Numbered from the stretch's first letter, positions 1 through 9,747 are shown. The stretch: 64,000 bases of DNA from Candidatus Sumerlaeia bacterium (GCA_038208905.1 JBBQYG010000001.1:7789-71788); one strand, 5' to 3'. Program-made: numbers and translations. Notes: generated by a model from the letters alone, not told the origin.

Positions 1-1
1 G

Positions 2-196
2 CGCCGCGCCGACACCGTCCGCACCTACCTCAGCCAGAAGGGCGTCGATGCCAACCGCCTTTCGACGATCAGCTATGGCGAGCTTCGCCCGCTGAACTTC
101 GACGCCACCGAGGAGGCGCACGCGCTCAACCGCCGCGCCATGTTCCTGGTTTACGAAACGGACAACACGGTGGCCTCCGCGCCCGCCGGATTCTGA
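2..196 (+). CDS. OmpA-family peptidoglycan-binding protein, C-terminal fragment (5' end lies outside the window)
   Basis: Open frame from the window edge to TGA at 194-196. Translation ...RRADTVRTYLSQKGVDANRLSTISYGELRPLNFDATEEAHALNRRAMFLVYE contains the OmpA/MotB C-terminal-domain signature (R..D......NRRVE-like). Confidence 0.7.
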   Translation, partial: RRADTVRTYLSQKGVDANRLSTISYGELRPLNFDATEEAHALNRRAMFLVYETDNTVASAPAGF

Positions 197-228
197 AAAT
201 CTACCACACGAAAGAGAACCATCGCTCC

Positions 229-879
229 ATGATCCGCTCGCTCCCGCTCCGCTCCCTGCTAGTCGCCCTCAGCCTCGTCGTCGTCGCATCCGGCACCATT
301 GGCTGCGCCGCCAAGAAGAAGCCCGTCGTCTCCACCGGTTCCGCCACGGGCCGCGGTACTTTCTCTGGCACCGGCACCGGCACCGGTGCGCCGGGCGAGT
401 TTGATCCCACCGCCGGCGGCACCCTTACCGACGAGGAGGCACTTGCCCGCCTCCGTGCCCAGGAAGCCGCCCGCAATGCCGCCGGCGGGAACAACCCGCA
501 GATCTATGGCGGCGAGAAGTCCGCCGTCGGAACGCCGATTCCCGACCTCGGCATTGTGTACTTCGGCTTCGACAGCGACGTGCTCGACACCGCGGCGACG
601 ATGACGCTCGACAAGAACACGAGCTACCTGAGCAGCCATCCGGAACTGCGCGTCGTCCTGCGCGGCCACGCCGACCAGGAGGGCACCGAGGAATACAACC
701 TCTCGCTCGGCGAGCGCCGCGCCCTGGCCGTCCGCGACCACCTGATCGGCGCTGGCATCGACGGCTCCAAGCTGGAGACCGTCAGCTTTGGCAAGATGAT
801 CCCCGCCTCGGAGGGCACCGATGTCGCCTCCCAGGCCCAGAACCGGCGCGTGGAGTTCTTTGTCTATACGGTGGAGTAG
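229..879 (+). CDS. Pal/OmpA-family peptidoglycan-associated lipoprotein
   Basis: 216-aa ORF. N-terminal signal peptide ending in a lipobox-like ...ASGTIGC. Gly/Thr-rich linker. C-terminal OmpA-like domain (LRGHADQEGTEEYNLSLGERRALAVRDHL...NRRVEFFVY). Confidence 0.85.
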   Translation: MIRSLPLRSLLVALSLVVVASGTIGCAAKKKPVVSTGSATGRGTFSGTGTGTGAPGEFDPTAGGTLTDEEALARLRAQEAARNAAGGNNPQIYGGEKSAVGTPIPDLGIVYFGFDSDVLDTAATMTLDKNTSYLSSHPELRVVLRGHADQEGTEEYNLSLGERRALAVRDHLIGAGIDGSKLETVSFGKMIPASEGTDVASQAQNRRVEFFVYTVE

Positions 880-901
880 CGCCGTAGCGATACGCAGCTT
901 G

Positions 902-940
902 GGCGCCCGGCGATTCGTTCCGCCGGGCGCCTTTTCTTTT
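902..940 (+). terminator. Rho-independent terminator downstream of the pal-like gene
   Basis: Perfect 10-bp inverted repeat gcgcccggcg / cgccgggcgc with an 8-nt loop, followed by ttttctttt. Confidence 0.6.
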
Positions 941-966
941 CCCCACGCTGAATCGGAGCAGATGCG

Positions 967-1299
967 ATGTCGGTCTTCTCGAATCCCTGGGTCCTTCTCG
1001 TCGTTGCCGGGCTGCTGGAAGTGGTCTGGGCAATCGCGCTCAAGCAATCCGATGGCTTCACGCGCCTATGGCCATCGGTCGTCATGCTGGTTGGCCTCGC
1101 CGCCAGCATGGTCCTGCTGGCGTTGGCGATGCGGTCGCTCCCCGCGGGGACGGCCTATGCCGCGTGGACGGGCATCGGGGCGGTAGGGACGGTCATCCTG
1201 GGGATCGTGATGCTGGGCGAGAGCGCCAGCCCCGCGCGGCTGTGCTGTGTGGCGCTGATCGTGGCAGGGATCGTGGGGCTCAAAGTGGTGGGTTCGTAA
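967..1299 (+). CDS. sugE: SMR-family small multidrug/guanidinium exporter (SugE/Gdx)
   Basis: 110 aa with four predicted TM segments. The N-terminal [37 protein letters not shown] matches the SugE/Gdx family, including the conserved Glu in TM1. Confidence 0.85.
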   Translation: MSVFSNPWVLLVVAGLLEVVWAIALKQSDGFTRLWPSVVMLVGLAASMVLLALAMRSLPAGTAYAAWTGIGAVGTVILGIVMLGESASPARLCCVALIVAGIVGLKVVGS

Positions 1300-1351
1300 C
1301 CCGGGGATCGGCGTTGCTCCCCCGGGCCCGCTGGGCTTTCATCGCCCCGCC

Positions 1352-1696
1352 ATGCCGATCACGCCACCCATCGACAAGCGCCCCGGCCGGGTGGAACTGT
1401 TCGCGTTCTACTATCTGGGCTTCGATCCCGCGGGGAACTATCGCTTCCCCAACGTGCGCCATGTGGCCGCGTTCTACAACGTCAGCCACGATGCCGTGCT
1501 GCGCTGGCTGGGCGAGCTGGAGCTCAGCCCCTCGTTCATCCTCAGAAGCCAATACCCCCTTGCCGTGGCACAGGTGGATCTCCAGATGGAGGCGTCCAAC
1601 CTGACGATGGAGGGCATTCAGGAATATGCCACGGCGATCCTGGCCGATCTGGACAAGGCCCCCGGTGGCAGAAAGCCGTGGGAGGGGGAGTTTTAA
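1352..1696 (+). CDS. hypothetical protein
   Basis: 114-aa ORF in a gene-dense region immediately after sugE. No recognisable motif. Coding-like codon usage. Confidence 0.4.
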   Translation: MPITPPIDKRPGRVELFAFYYLGFDPAGNYRFPNVRHVAAFYNVSHDAVLRWLGELELSPSFILRSQYPLAVAQVDLQMEASNLTMEGIQEYATAILADLDKAPGGRKPWEGEF

Positions 1697-1750
1697 CGGC
1701 AGGGATGAGGGATGAGGCTTAAGGGATGAACGCCTGCGCCCCCCGTCCCA

Positions 1751-2617
1751 TCACCTCGACGACGGATCCACCGCGTCCCGCAGCCCATCGCCAAACAGGT
1801 TGAAGGCCAGCATCGTGATGCTAATCGCGATGGCCGGGAATATCAGTTGGTGGGGGGTGGAGTACATATAGGTCAATCCGTCGTTGGCCATGGTGCCCCA
1901 GCTTGCCTGCGGGGCGCTGACGCCGAGGCCGACGAAGCCGAGGAAGCTCTCGATAAAGATCGCCTCGGGGATTGCAAGCGTAGCCGCCACGGCGAGCGGC
2001 CCCGTGCAGTTTGGCAGGATCTGTTGAATCAGTATCCGGTGATTGCTTTGCCCGATGGAGCGCGCCGCCATCACGTAGTCCATCCGCGCCTGGTTGATGA
2101 CTTCGCCGCGGGCGAGACGCGCCATCGTGAGCCAGTTGGTGACGCCGAGCGCGAGGTAGATCGAAATGAGGTCCGGCGAAAGAAGCAGCGGCACGTTCTG
2201 GCGCCCGCCCATGAGCGCATCGAGATACTGCTTCACAAAAAGCTGAAGCAGGATCACCACCAGCAACAACGGAATGCTGTAGAGGATGTCCACCAAGCGC
2301 ATCATCATCGTGTCGATCAGTCGGATCCATGCCGAGCTTGAACTGTTGCACCACCCGGCGATGACCCCGAATCCAACCCCGATGACGAGGTTGATGAAGC
2401 AACTGACGACGCCAACGGCGAGGCTGATGCGCGCGCCGGCAAATATGCGCGCGAGCATGTCGCGGCCCTGCGCGTCGGTGCCCAGGAGATGACCCTTGGT
2501 GGGAGGCTCCGGCATTCCCACCAGCATCTCGTCGATGCTTGCGGGATCGACGCGATGGATCAACGGGCCGAACGCGGCGGAGAGGAACAGGACGATGATC
2601 ATGAACAGCGCGAGCAC
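1751..2617 (-). CDS. ABC transporter permease, oligopeptide/dipeptide (OppC/DppC) family
   Basis: 288 aa. The GHLLGTDAQGRDMLARIFAGARISL motif (GTDxxGRD) is typical of OppC/DppC. An ABC transmembrane type-1 signature is present, with about 6 TM segments. The start is GTG at 2615-2617 and is uncertain. Confidence 0.85.
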   Translation of the reverse strand: MLALFMIIVLFLSAAFGPLIHRVDPASIDEMLVGMPEPPTKGHLLGTDAQGRDMLARIFAGARISLAVGVVSCFINLVIGVGFGVIAGWCNSSSSAWIRLIDTMMMRLVDILYSIPLLLVVILLQLFVKQYLDALMGGRQNVPLLLSPDLISIYLALGVTNWLTMARLARGEVINQARMDYVMAARSIGQSNHRILIQQILPNCTGPLAVAATLAIPEAIFIESFLGFVGLGVSAPQASWGTMANDGLTYMYSTPHQLIFPAIAISITMLAFNLFGDGLRDAVDPSSR

Positions 2618-2721
2618 CGCGATTCGGTTGCGGAAGAATCGCGCAATGGCCGGGTGGCGCCGACGCCAGCTTTCGCGGGCGGGAACTCCTGCCGGGGTTA
2701 TTGGTGTGGATCCAGCGGCGC

Positions 2722-3771
2722 TCAGGTCTGAGCCCCCCGCTCTTTCCGGTTGATGAGCCGATGGAGGCGCGCCGCTCCCGGATGCTGCGCGTATTCATTG
2801 AGGAGTTGCTCGCAGAGGAGCCGTGCAACGCTCCCCTGGTGCAGCGCGATCAGGCTTTGGGCGAGCAGGAATCCGCCGTGCAGCTCCGCATCCGTGCGCG
2901 AGGCGATGTAGTTGCGCACGGCGCGCACCCAGCGGCGGAGCGCGCGGGTTCCCATCTGGCGGGCACGTTCGATCTGGGCCACCTGCGATGCGGAGGCAAA
3001 CTCCTCCGCCATGGCCAGATTCCGGACGATATCGGCCCGGTCGCCGGCCTGGCACTGCTCGATATGCCCGAGCCAGGCATAGGCGCCGCCGTCGCAGGGA
3101 TCGTCGCGCAGGATGTCGCGGAAAAGCTCCGACGCAATGACACCCTCCCCATCGCGGATCGCGTGGACCAGGGCGCGGCGGCGCGCGAGCCAGCGGGCAT
3201 CGGAAGTCAACTCGACTGTGGAGTGTGTCTCGGGGGGGAGTTCCACCAGCTTGCCGTCGGAATCCGCGAGCCGGAACTCGTGGACGAAACTCGCGCCCAC
3301 AAAGCTGGAACGAATGGCGAAGTCGTGGCCCAGATGCGAGAGCCGAACGAACGTGTAGGAGACAAGGAAGCGGGATTTCTCCGGCACGCCCTGATCCACG
3401 GCGCCGTCGAAGATTTGGGACTCGAGGGAGGCGAGGGCACCCTCGAGATCCTCGTCGAAGGGGAGGAAGAACTGCTGATAATTGACGATTGGAGCCTGTC
3501 CGGGGTTGGGCGAAATCCAAATCGACACCACCAGATCGGGAACGTCCGGCCCCCACAGCTCGACCAGAAGGCGGCGCTCCTCGACAATGGCGGAGGAGAT
3601 AGAGTCCATCGCGGGCGCGACAAATGGGGGCTCGGCGGGGGGATCGTCGGAGCGAATCTCCTCCGCCATCCGCGCGGCGCGGGCGCGATGGTCCTTTCGC
3701 ATTCCCCAGATCAGGAGAACCGAGAGCAGGACCATCACGAGCGGCACGGCGACCCAGTGCAGCGGCAACAC
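2722..3771 (-). CDS. hypothetical membrane-anchored protein (start uncertain)
   Basis: Long ORF 2722..4008. Only the part from the single N-terminal TM (LPLHWVAVPLVMVLLSVLLIWGM) onward looks protein-like. Candidate starts are GTG 3769-3771, ATG 3733-3735 and TTG 3871-3873. Confidence 0.4.
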   Translation of the reverse strand: MLPLHWVAVPLVMVLLSVLLIWGMRKDHRARAARMAEEIRSDDPPAEPPFVAPAMDSISSAIVEERRLLVELWGPDVPDLVVSIWISPNPGQAPIVNYQQFFLPFDEDLEGALASLESQIFDGAVDQGVPEKSRFLVSYTFVRLSHLGHDFAIRSSFVGASFVHEFRLADSDGKLVELPPETHSTVELTSDARWLARRRALVHAIRDGEGVIASELFRDILRDDPCDGGAYAWLGHIEQCQAGDRADIVRNLAMAEEFASASQVAQIERARQMGTRALRRWVRAVRNYIASRTDAELHGGFLLAQSLIALHQGSVARLLCEQLLNEYAQHPGAARLHRLINRKERGAQT

Positions 3772-3953
3772 GGCGGAGGACTCCCAATGGATTCTTTCGG
3801 CGTTCGCGGGAAGGCCGTTTGGCCACTCCCCTGTGCCAAGTGAAAGCGTGAGGCGCAATCCCCCTTGGCTCAAGACATTTTCCCCGCGCTTTCGCGATTG
3901 AGGCGGTGCGGCGATGAAGCGAGCCTTTGGACCGGAGCGTGGGCCGGAAGGCC

Positions 3954-5294
3954 ATGACGCAGCACGGGGAGGATGCGTTGCCCAATCAACCCGCGGAAGC
4001 ACCCGCATCGCCGATGACCGGGAGCCGCGTCTTTATCGGCGTGAGCGTATTCCTCCTCCTCTTTCTGGCGGGAATGGCTTGGTACATCCACGCCTCGCGA
4101 AACGCACGGTCCGCATGGCGTCAGGAAGCGCGAGCCGGCGTGAGCGCCAGCGACGCGCCCAATGCCATCGAGCCGATCCTCGACGCGCTGGACCGGGTGG
4201 ACTGGCGGGCAGTGCGCGCGTCGGAGGCGCTGCTCAAGCGCACGGCCACCGAAGGCTGGTCCGAAGAGAGTGCCCAGCTCATCCCGTTGATCGCCAACCA
4301 CCAGCAGGTCCTTTCCCTGGCGATGCGAAGCGCCGCGATCCCGCAATGCCGCCTGCCCCCCACCAGCGATGCCGACGCATCTGTTCCGCGCCCCAACATC
4401 GAGGAATTTCGGCTCCTCTCCTTCCTGCTCGTCGCCAACGGCCGGCGCCTGGCCGCGACCGGCCATGCGGAGGAGGCGGCCCAGCGCCTGATGGACGCGG
4501 CAATTCTGGGTGTGCGATTCACCCGCCCGCACGCGGAGGCGACCTTGACGTCCCACCTGATCGGAATGACGGCGATGGAATTGGCGATCGACGCGCTGGA
4601 CGATGTGATTTCCACCGCGGGGGAAATGCCCGCCGAATGGCGCGGCTCCCTTGCGGCGCAACTGGCGGAACTCGATGGCTCCTACTATCCGATCCGCGGG
4701 GCTTTTCGCGCCGAGGCGGGAATCTATTCCCGCGAGTTGGCGGCGCGCAGCGCCACCCCCGCCGATCTGGCCGAGGGCCTGCAACTGGCCGGCGCGGTCC
4801 TGCCGCAAGGCGCCAACACCGTCGAGGTGGCGGGATCGCTCCACGCGGATGCGCTGACCGTTACGGGCGAGCAGGATCGGGTTTGGGGGGTCCTCGATGG
4901 GATATTGGCAATGCCTCCCGCTCGCCAGCCGCGTATCGACCGGGAGTGGTTCGCCCAGGCGTCGCCCAATAGGCTCGTCCAAATCCAGTTCGCGGAGCTG
5001 ACGCCGCTGATCCTGCGCGAGGGAATCCTGCTGGCGCGGCTGAGGCTGGAACGCGCCGCGCTCCTGCCCGGGGGCGAGGCTCTTCCGGCAGACCCCTTTG
5101 ATGGCGAGCCCCTGCGCGTCGCGGAGGGTCGCATCTGGTCGATTGGGCCGGACCTTCGGGACGACGGCGGGATGGTGGAGTATGCGCCGGGGAAGGGGCT
5201 GGCGAGCGGGGGCGACATGATTGCGACGCGGCGTGCGAGCGGGCAGGCTCCCGGCTTGCCCCATCCCGCGCAACCCGCGAGCCTTCGCCCATGA
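3954..5294 (+). CDS. hypothetical membrane-anchored protein (start uncertain: 3927, 3954 or 4014)
   Basis: 455-aa ORF diverging from the previous gene. N-terminal TM (VFIGVSVFLLLFLAGMAWYI) followed by a large soluble domain. No recognised motif. Confidence 0.45.
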   Translation: MTQHGEDALPNQPAEAPASPMTGSRVFIGVSVFLLLFLAGMAWYIHASRNARSAWRQEARAGVSASDAPNAIEPILDALDRVDWRAVRASEALLKRTATEGWSEESAQLIPLIANHQQVLSLAMRSAAIPQCRLPPTSDADASVPRPNIEEFRLLSFLLVANGRRLAATGHAEEAAQRLMDAAILGVRFTRPHAEATLTSHLIGMTAMELAIDALDDVISTAGEMPAEWRGSLAAQLAELDGSYYPIRGAFRAEAGIYSRELAARSATPADLAEGLQLAGAVLPQGANTVEVAGSLHADALTVTGEQDRVWGVLDGILAMPPARQPRIDREWFAQASPNRLVQIQFAELTPLILREGILLARLRLERAALLPGGEALPADPFDGEPLRVAEGRIWSIGPDLRDDGGMVEYAPGKGLASGGDMIATRRASGQAPGLPHPAQPASLRP

Positions 5295-5611
5295 AACTGC
5301 TCGCGTCCATTCTGAAACCGCTTCGCGCGAAGCGCGCACGCCGCCTGCTCGCGACAGGAGCGCCCCGCCGCATCCGCATCCACTCCGTCACCCCGGACCC
5401 GGAGGAAAACCCGCGGCTCCACCGAATCGCGTTCGAGTTCCTCGACCCGCCGGGCCCCTGGTCGATGCAGTTCTATCAAGCCGAGCCCTTCAAAAGCAAG
5501 CTGCCGGACGCCTTGGCGCCCGGCAGCACGGCATGGTTCTATGAGACCGACGACGGCGCGCGGACCCGTGTGCTCAAGCTGGAGGACGGCACGCCCGTCT
5601 GGCCCAGCTAA
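5291..5611 (+). CDS. hypothetical small protein, translationally coupled to the upstream gene
   Basis: 106-aa ORF whose ATG overlaps the stop of the 3954..5294 gene (ATGA). No recognised motif. Confidence 0.35.
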   Translation: MKLLASILKPLRAKRARRLLATGAPRRIRIHSVTPDPEENPRLHRIAFEFLDPPGPWSMQFYQAEPFKSKLPDALAPGSTAWFYETDDGARTRVLKLEDGTPVWPS

Positions 5612-5617
5612 CGCCGA

Positions 5618-6592
5618 TCAGAGCAGGCCCCGCGGACCATAGCGGCGCTTGCGGGCGCTGTAGGTGCTTTCATCCTCCGGCACGGGCCCCGCAGCAGTGG
5701 GTAACGCATCCAACGGTGGGGCGGGACGCGGAGCGCGCGGGGCGCTGGGGCGCAGCGCGTCGCTCGGCGGGCGATCGGATGGATTCTCGAACTCGTCGTG
5801 AAAGGCGTCCGCGGGACGCGGCCCACCGGCCAGGCCCTCGCGCCGCCACAGGTAGATATAGCCGCGGATGCGAAAGCCCTTATAGTCGGAGACTTCCGAC
5901 TGATAGGTGTTGGGCTTCACGAATCCCTGATAGTGGCTGTTGATGACGGCATCATACCCCTCCAGCGTGTTCTTGGCGAAGAGCTTGGGGTACGTGGTCT
6001 CGTGATAGCGCTTGGCAACCGTCGCCACGAAGTCGGCGATCTGAAGCCCGGCGGAATCCGTTTCGCGCTGGACCATGGGCGAGCCGATGATCGGCTGGGC
6101 CTTGCCGTGGGCGCTGAACACGGAGGAAAACTGAATCTCGGAAATCGTCTGCCGCTCGTCGTCGCGCCCGGGTGGAACGATCAACATCCCTTGGCTGCGA
6201 TTTTCCTTCAGGTGCTGGGAGATCGGCTTCATCAAGTAGTGATACGTCAGCGGGAGGAGCCACTTCGGATGAGCGGGCTTGTCGGTGGTGCGCTTGTCCA
6301 CAACGACAAGGAAGACCTTTATCTCGAGAGCGGCCGCGATCTTCTCCAGTCCCTTGCAATAGGCGACGGCCCAAGGGCGCTCCGCATTCTTGGGATGCAA
6401 CAGGTCGTTGGCGTTTACCCGTGTCTTGCCCGGCTGGTAGTTCGCTTTTTGAAAGGACTTTTGCAAACCATTGATTCGCAGCTGGAGAGTCTTCCACTTA
6501 TCCTCCTGAATGGAAACGCCGGCCAAAGTCCAAAAGGTGCCCGCCGTGGATTCGACGGGCTTGCCCGACTGCTGAAGGAAAATGAGATGCAT
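5618..6592 (-). CDS. DUF3800-like protein with a degenerate N-terminal motif and a Pro-rich C-terminal extension
   Basis: 324 aa. The N-terminal MHLIFLQQSG sits where DUF3800 has YIDESG. The C-terminal GLQIADFVATVAKRY resembles the DUF3800 QxADxxA motif. The body (about 5900-6590) is about 55-57% GC against a roughly 68% background. The last ~80 aa are Pro/Ala/Arg-rich low complexity in high-GC DNA. Confidence 0.5.
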   Translation of the reverse strand: MHLIFLQQSGKPVESTAGTFWTLAGVSIQEDKWKTLQLRINGLQKSFQKANYQPGKTRVNANDLLHPKNAERPWAVAYCKGLEKIAAALEIKVFLVVVDKRTTDKPAHPKWLLPLTYHYLMKPISQHLKENRSQGMLIVPPGRDDERQTISEIQFSSVFSAHGKAQPIIGSPMVQRETDSAGLQIADFVATVAKRYHETTYPKLFAKNTLEGYDAVINSHYQGFVKPNTYQSEVSDYKGFRIRGYIYLWRREGLAGGPRPADAFHDEFENPSDRPPSDALRPSAPRAPRPAPPLDALPTAAGPVPEDESTYSARKRRYGPRGLL

Positions 6593-6918
6593 TCTGGGGA
6601 TTCTCTGTTGGGGGTGGGGGTTGGGCCTGGGGGGGGCCGGTCACTTTTCCAGTTGATGTTCTAACTAAGTCTCTCTCGTACTTGCCCGGGCGAACAAACA
6701 GTCTCTATCATGGAATACCCTGAGAGCAAGTGGAACAATCCGGGCGGTGCAATCTGGTACCCTCTTTTTGCTTCAAAAGGCTCGTTCCGAAGGACTTGCA
6801 CGACACTTGCGCCCGATCCGAGGTCTAAAACTCTCTTGGCGGGGTACTCGCGGCCCGAATCACATCGCGGGTTCCACGCCAGAGGCCCTCAAGATTCAAC
6901 AACGATCTCGGTAAATTC

Positions 6919-8661
6919 ATGGAATTCAGGTCTCAGCCCCTCTCCCAACTCGCCCACTACCCCGCCGTTCGGCTGGTGGGTCTGGGATTTTTCCTTGGTC
7001 TGATCGGAATCATTTCTGCGCGCCTTGTTCTCTTGACGACCCTTGGCCACGACGACGCGGCGGCGCAGGCCCAAGAAAATCTCTATCAGCAACGACGCCT
7101 GACATATCCTCGCGGAAACATTTCGGATCGCAATGGAAATGTTCTTGCGACGAATAAGCGGTGCTACGCGATCCGGTTTTCGCCTTATGGTCAATCCGAT
7201 GCGGTGGCGGGCGAGGCCCTTGATCGCCTTGCCGCGATCCTGGGCTCTCCGTCCCAAGAGGAGAGGGAGAAGATCCTCGCAGCGCGGCCGCGCTGGACAC
7301 GGCACCTGATCGCGTCGGGGCTGGGGCAATCCGATGTGATCCCCTTTATCGAGCGACCCCGCGACTATCCCGGAGTGCGCATCCAGGAAGAGTATGCCCG
7401 CGTGTATGAGCAGCCGGTGGACTTTGCGTTGATCGTCGGTTTCGTGGGGCGCATCCAGCCCGGCCAGGAAGCAGAGTTCCCCCGCCCCCGCTACCTCCCC
7501 GACGACATGGTGGGGCGCAGCGGGATCGAGCGTCAGTATCAGGACCGCCTGGCCGGATCGCCGGGCCGCGAGCGCCTCCAGCGGGACGCGCGCGGCCGCA
7601 GCTTGGCGGAGCCCGACGTTCTGGAGCCAAGTCATCCCGGAGAGGACCTGACCCTCGCACTCGACGCCCGTATTCAGACCGTGGCGATGGACCTCCTCAA
7701 GGGACACAAGGGGAGCATCGTCCTGATGGACGTGGCGACGGGCGAGGTCCACGCGATGGCTTCGCGGCCAACCTTCGACGCGACGAATCCCGGAGCCATG
7801 GAACTGGACGGCGAGCCCGCCGGTTTCGTGAATCTGGCAATGCGCGGCCTGTATCCACCGGGATCGACGCTCAAGGTGGTCTCCGCAATGGCGGCGCTGA
7901 AGGAAGGCGTCTCGCCCGCGGAGAGAATCGACTGCCGCGGAAGCTTTCTGGTCGATGGATGGAGCCGCCCCTTCTGGTGCGCCCACCGCGAGGGCCACGG
8001 CCCCATGGGGATGGCCGACTCGCTCAAGGCGAGCTGCAACGTGTACTACTACACGATGGCCAAGCGGTTGGGGCCGCGCCCGCTGTTCGAGGCGGGCCGC
8101 GAATTCGGCCTGGGCCGTGCCACGGGGATCGACCTTCCCGGCGAGGCGGGGGGCCAGCTCAGCACGATGCCGAATCCCGCTTCGGGAGAGACGACGAACT
8201 TGTATATCGGGCAGGGCTCCATGCTGGCCACTCCCCTGCAAGTTGCGCGGATGTATGCGGGGCTTGCCAACGGCGGCGTGCTGCCGGTGCCCCGCGTCGT
8301 CATCGGGGGATCGGCGCCAGCGACGGGCGGCGAACGGCTGCCGATGACCGAGGCGCAGCGTGCCGAGATAAACCGCGGTCTATACGGCGCCGTGAACGAG
8401 CAGGGCGGCACCGCCGCCAAGGCGGGGATACCGCGCGCGTGGGGAGTGTGCGGGAAAACCGGCACGGCGGAGAACGCCACCGGGGGCGTGGATGCGTGGT
8501 TTGCCGGATTCTTCCCGCAGGAGAATCCACGGTTCGCCTTTGCCGTTCACGTGGAAGAAGCGGACGGCCACGGCGGCGACGTGGCAGGGCCTATCGCGCG
8601 TGAACTGATTCGCGCGGTGCTTGCGCCGACGGACCAGAAGAGCGTGGCCGCGCTGCCCTAG
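6919..8661 (+). CDS. mrdA: Penicillin-binding protein 2 (peptidoglycan D,D-transpeptidase)
   Basis: 580 aa. N-terminal TM anchor. PBP dimerisation region. Transpeptidase motifs SxxK (GSTLKVV), SxN (SCN) and KTG (KTGTA). Confidence 0.85.
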   Translation: MEFRSQPLSQLAHYPAVRLVGLGFFLGLIGIISARLVLLTTLGHDDAAAQAQENLYQQRRLTYPRGNISDRNGNVLATNKRCYAIRFSPYGQSDAVAGEALDRLAAILGSPSQEEREKILAARPRWTRHLIASGLGQSDVIPFIERPRDYPGVRIQEEYARVYEQPVDFALIVGFVGRIQPGQEAEFPRPRYLPDDMVGRSGIERQYQDRLAGSPGRERLQRDARGRSLAEPDVLEPSHPGEDLTLALDARIQTVAMDLLKGHKGSIVLMDVATGEVHAMASRPTFDATNPGAMELDGEPAGFVNLAMRGLYPPGSTLKVVSAMAALKEGVSPAERIDCRGSFLVDGWSRPFWCAHREGHGPMGMADSLKASCNVYYYTMAKRLGPRPLFEAGREFGLGRATGIDLPGEAGGQLSTMPNPASGETTNLYIGQGSMLATPLQVARMYAGLANGGVLPVPRVVIGGSAPATGGERLPMTEAQRAEINRGLYGAVNEQGGTAAKAGIPRAWGVCGKTGTAENATGGVDAWFAGFFPQENPRFAFAVHVEEADGHGGDVAGPIARELIRAVLAPTDQKSVAALP

Positions 8662-8763
8662 TGTCGCATCGACCCAGATTCCAGCGATGCAGACTGCATG
8701 CAAAGTCAATTCGGTCCATCACGTCCATAAGGTCACAGCTCTCGTTCCTGGGTAGGGGGCACG

Positions 8764-9747
8764 CTAGGGAGCTTTTTCCAGTTCCTTCGTCACGCGCTCG
8801 ATGAACTTCTCCAGCGGCCGGTCGGCGACGAACTTCGCGTGGTAGCGCCTTGCCATTTCGAGCGCCTTGACGGGATCGCCGAACTTCTCCTCCATCAGGG
8901 CGGCCATGCGGCACACGCCCGTCGCGTCATCCTCCACGTGGTCGTTCCATTCCGCCTTGTTCTCGACGAAGGCACCATTGTAGCGCACGCGCATGACGAT
9001 CTCGGCCCCCTCGGCGAAAACATCGCGGGCGCGGACCGAGTACTCCAGCAACTTGTCGCCCGCGGCGCCCGTCTCGGCGGGATTCTTTGCCGTCGTGGCA
9101 TCCGTGCTCGCCACCTCGCGGAGCACCTGACCCAGCATGAAGCGGATGGCGAAGCTGTCGGGATTGTTGGCGACGCCCTCCTCCAGGAACTTCACGCCCT
9201 CCTCGGGATTGTGGGTCTTCAGCCACCATCCGCCGATGGCGTAGCAGCGCTCGCAGTTGGGATCGCTGGCGGTCATCAGGCGATACCAGGGGAGCAGTTC
9301 CGCGCCGTCGGAGTGGATATGCGGGAGGCTCGGATCGCGCCAAGGCTTCACCTTACGTTCCAGCACGCCCACGAAGCCCCGGAAATCGGAATCGCCGGAC
9401 CGTATGGTGGTGGCTGTGCCTTCGTGGCTTCCCGCATCGCCCATGATCTCGGATTCGGTTAGGTGCGGCGCGTAGCCGATGCCATTGTGCAGATAGCGCT
9501 CGGTCTTCATAAACATGATGTCGCTCATGCTGGTGCGGACTTCGCCGAGCACGCGCGCCACGGAGGAGGTGTTGCGCTCGATGCTGTCCTCGATGCTCTT
9601 GCTCCGCCCGCCCTTGTAGTCATTGGGGCGCAGGCCCGAGAACAGGAGCGGCCCCAGCGCAAAGGCGGTCCCGAACCCGCCGAGGAGGACGATTCTCCAC
9701 ATCGCAGAGCCTCCGCTGGATCGCGGGCTGCCGTTTCGCTTCACCAT
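8764..9747 (-). CDS. hypothetical membrane-anchored protein with a TPR-like C-terminal region (start uncertain, 9702 or 9747)
   Basis: ORF 8764..9846. A basic N-terminus followed by a TM (MWRIVLLGGFGTAFALGPLLFSGL). Lies 1 nt downstream of the ABC-2 permease stop. Confidence 0.45.
   Translation of the reverse strand: MVKRNGSPRSSGGSAMWRIVLLGGFGTAFALGPLLFSGLRPNDYKGGRSKSIEDSIERNTSSVARVLGEVRTSMSDIMFMKTERYLHNGIGYAPHLTESEIMGDAGSHEGTATTIRSGDSDFRGFVGVLERKVKPWRDPSLPHIHSDGAELLPWYRLMTASDPNCERCYAIGGWWLKTHNPEEGVKFLEEGVANNPDSFAIRFMLGQVLREVASTDATTAKNPAETGAAGDKLLEYSVRARDVFAEGAEIVMRVRYNGAFVENKAEWNDHVEDDATGVCRMAALMEEKFGDPVKALEMARRYHAKFVADRPLEKFIERVTKELEKAP

Noticed and set aside
1821-5339. Long antisense and overlapping ORFs in the six-frame track (for example 1821..2828-, 2795..3985-, 3870..5339-, 3914..4972+)
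   Set aside because: Their translations are Arg/Pro/Gly/Ala-rich, lack domain motifs, and overlap well-supported genes on the other strand. This is the usual absence of stop codons in off-frames of high-GC DNA.
6323-6337. Adjacent XhoI (CTCGAG) and NotI (GCGGCCGC) sites (ctcgagagcggccgc), resembling a cloning polylinker
   Set aside because: The 15-mer is in frame inside the DUF3800-like CDS, where it encodes ...KIAAALEI... on the minus strand. GC-rich 8-mers are expected in a ~68% GC genome. No vector-like flanking sequence is present.
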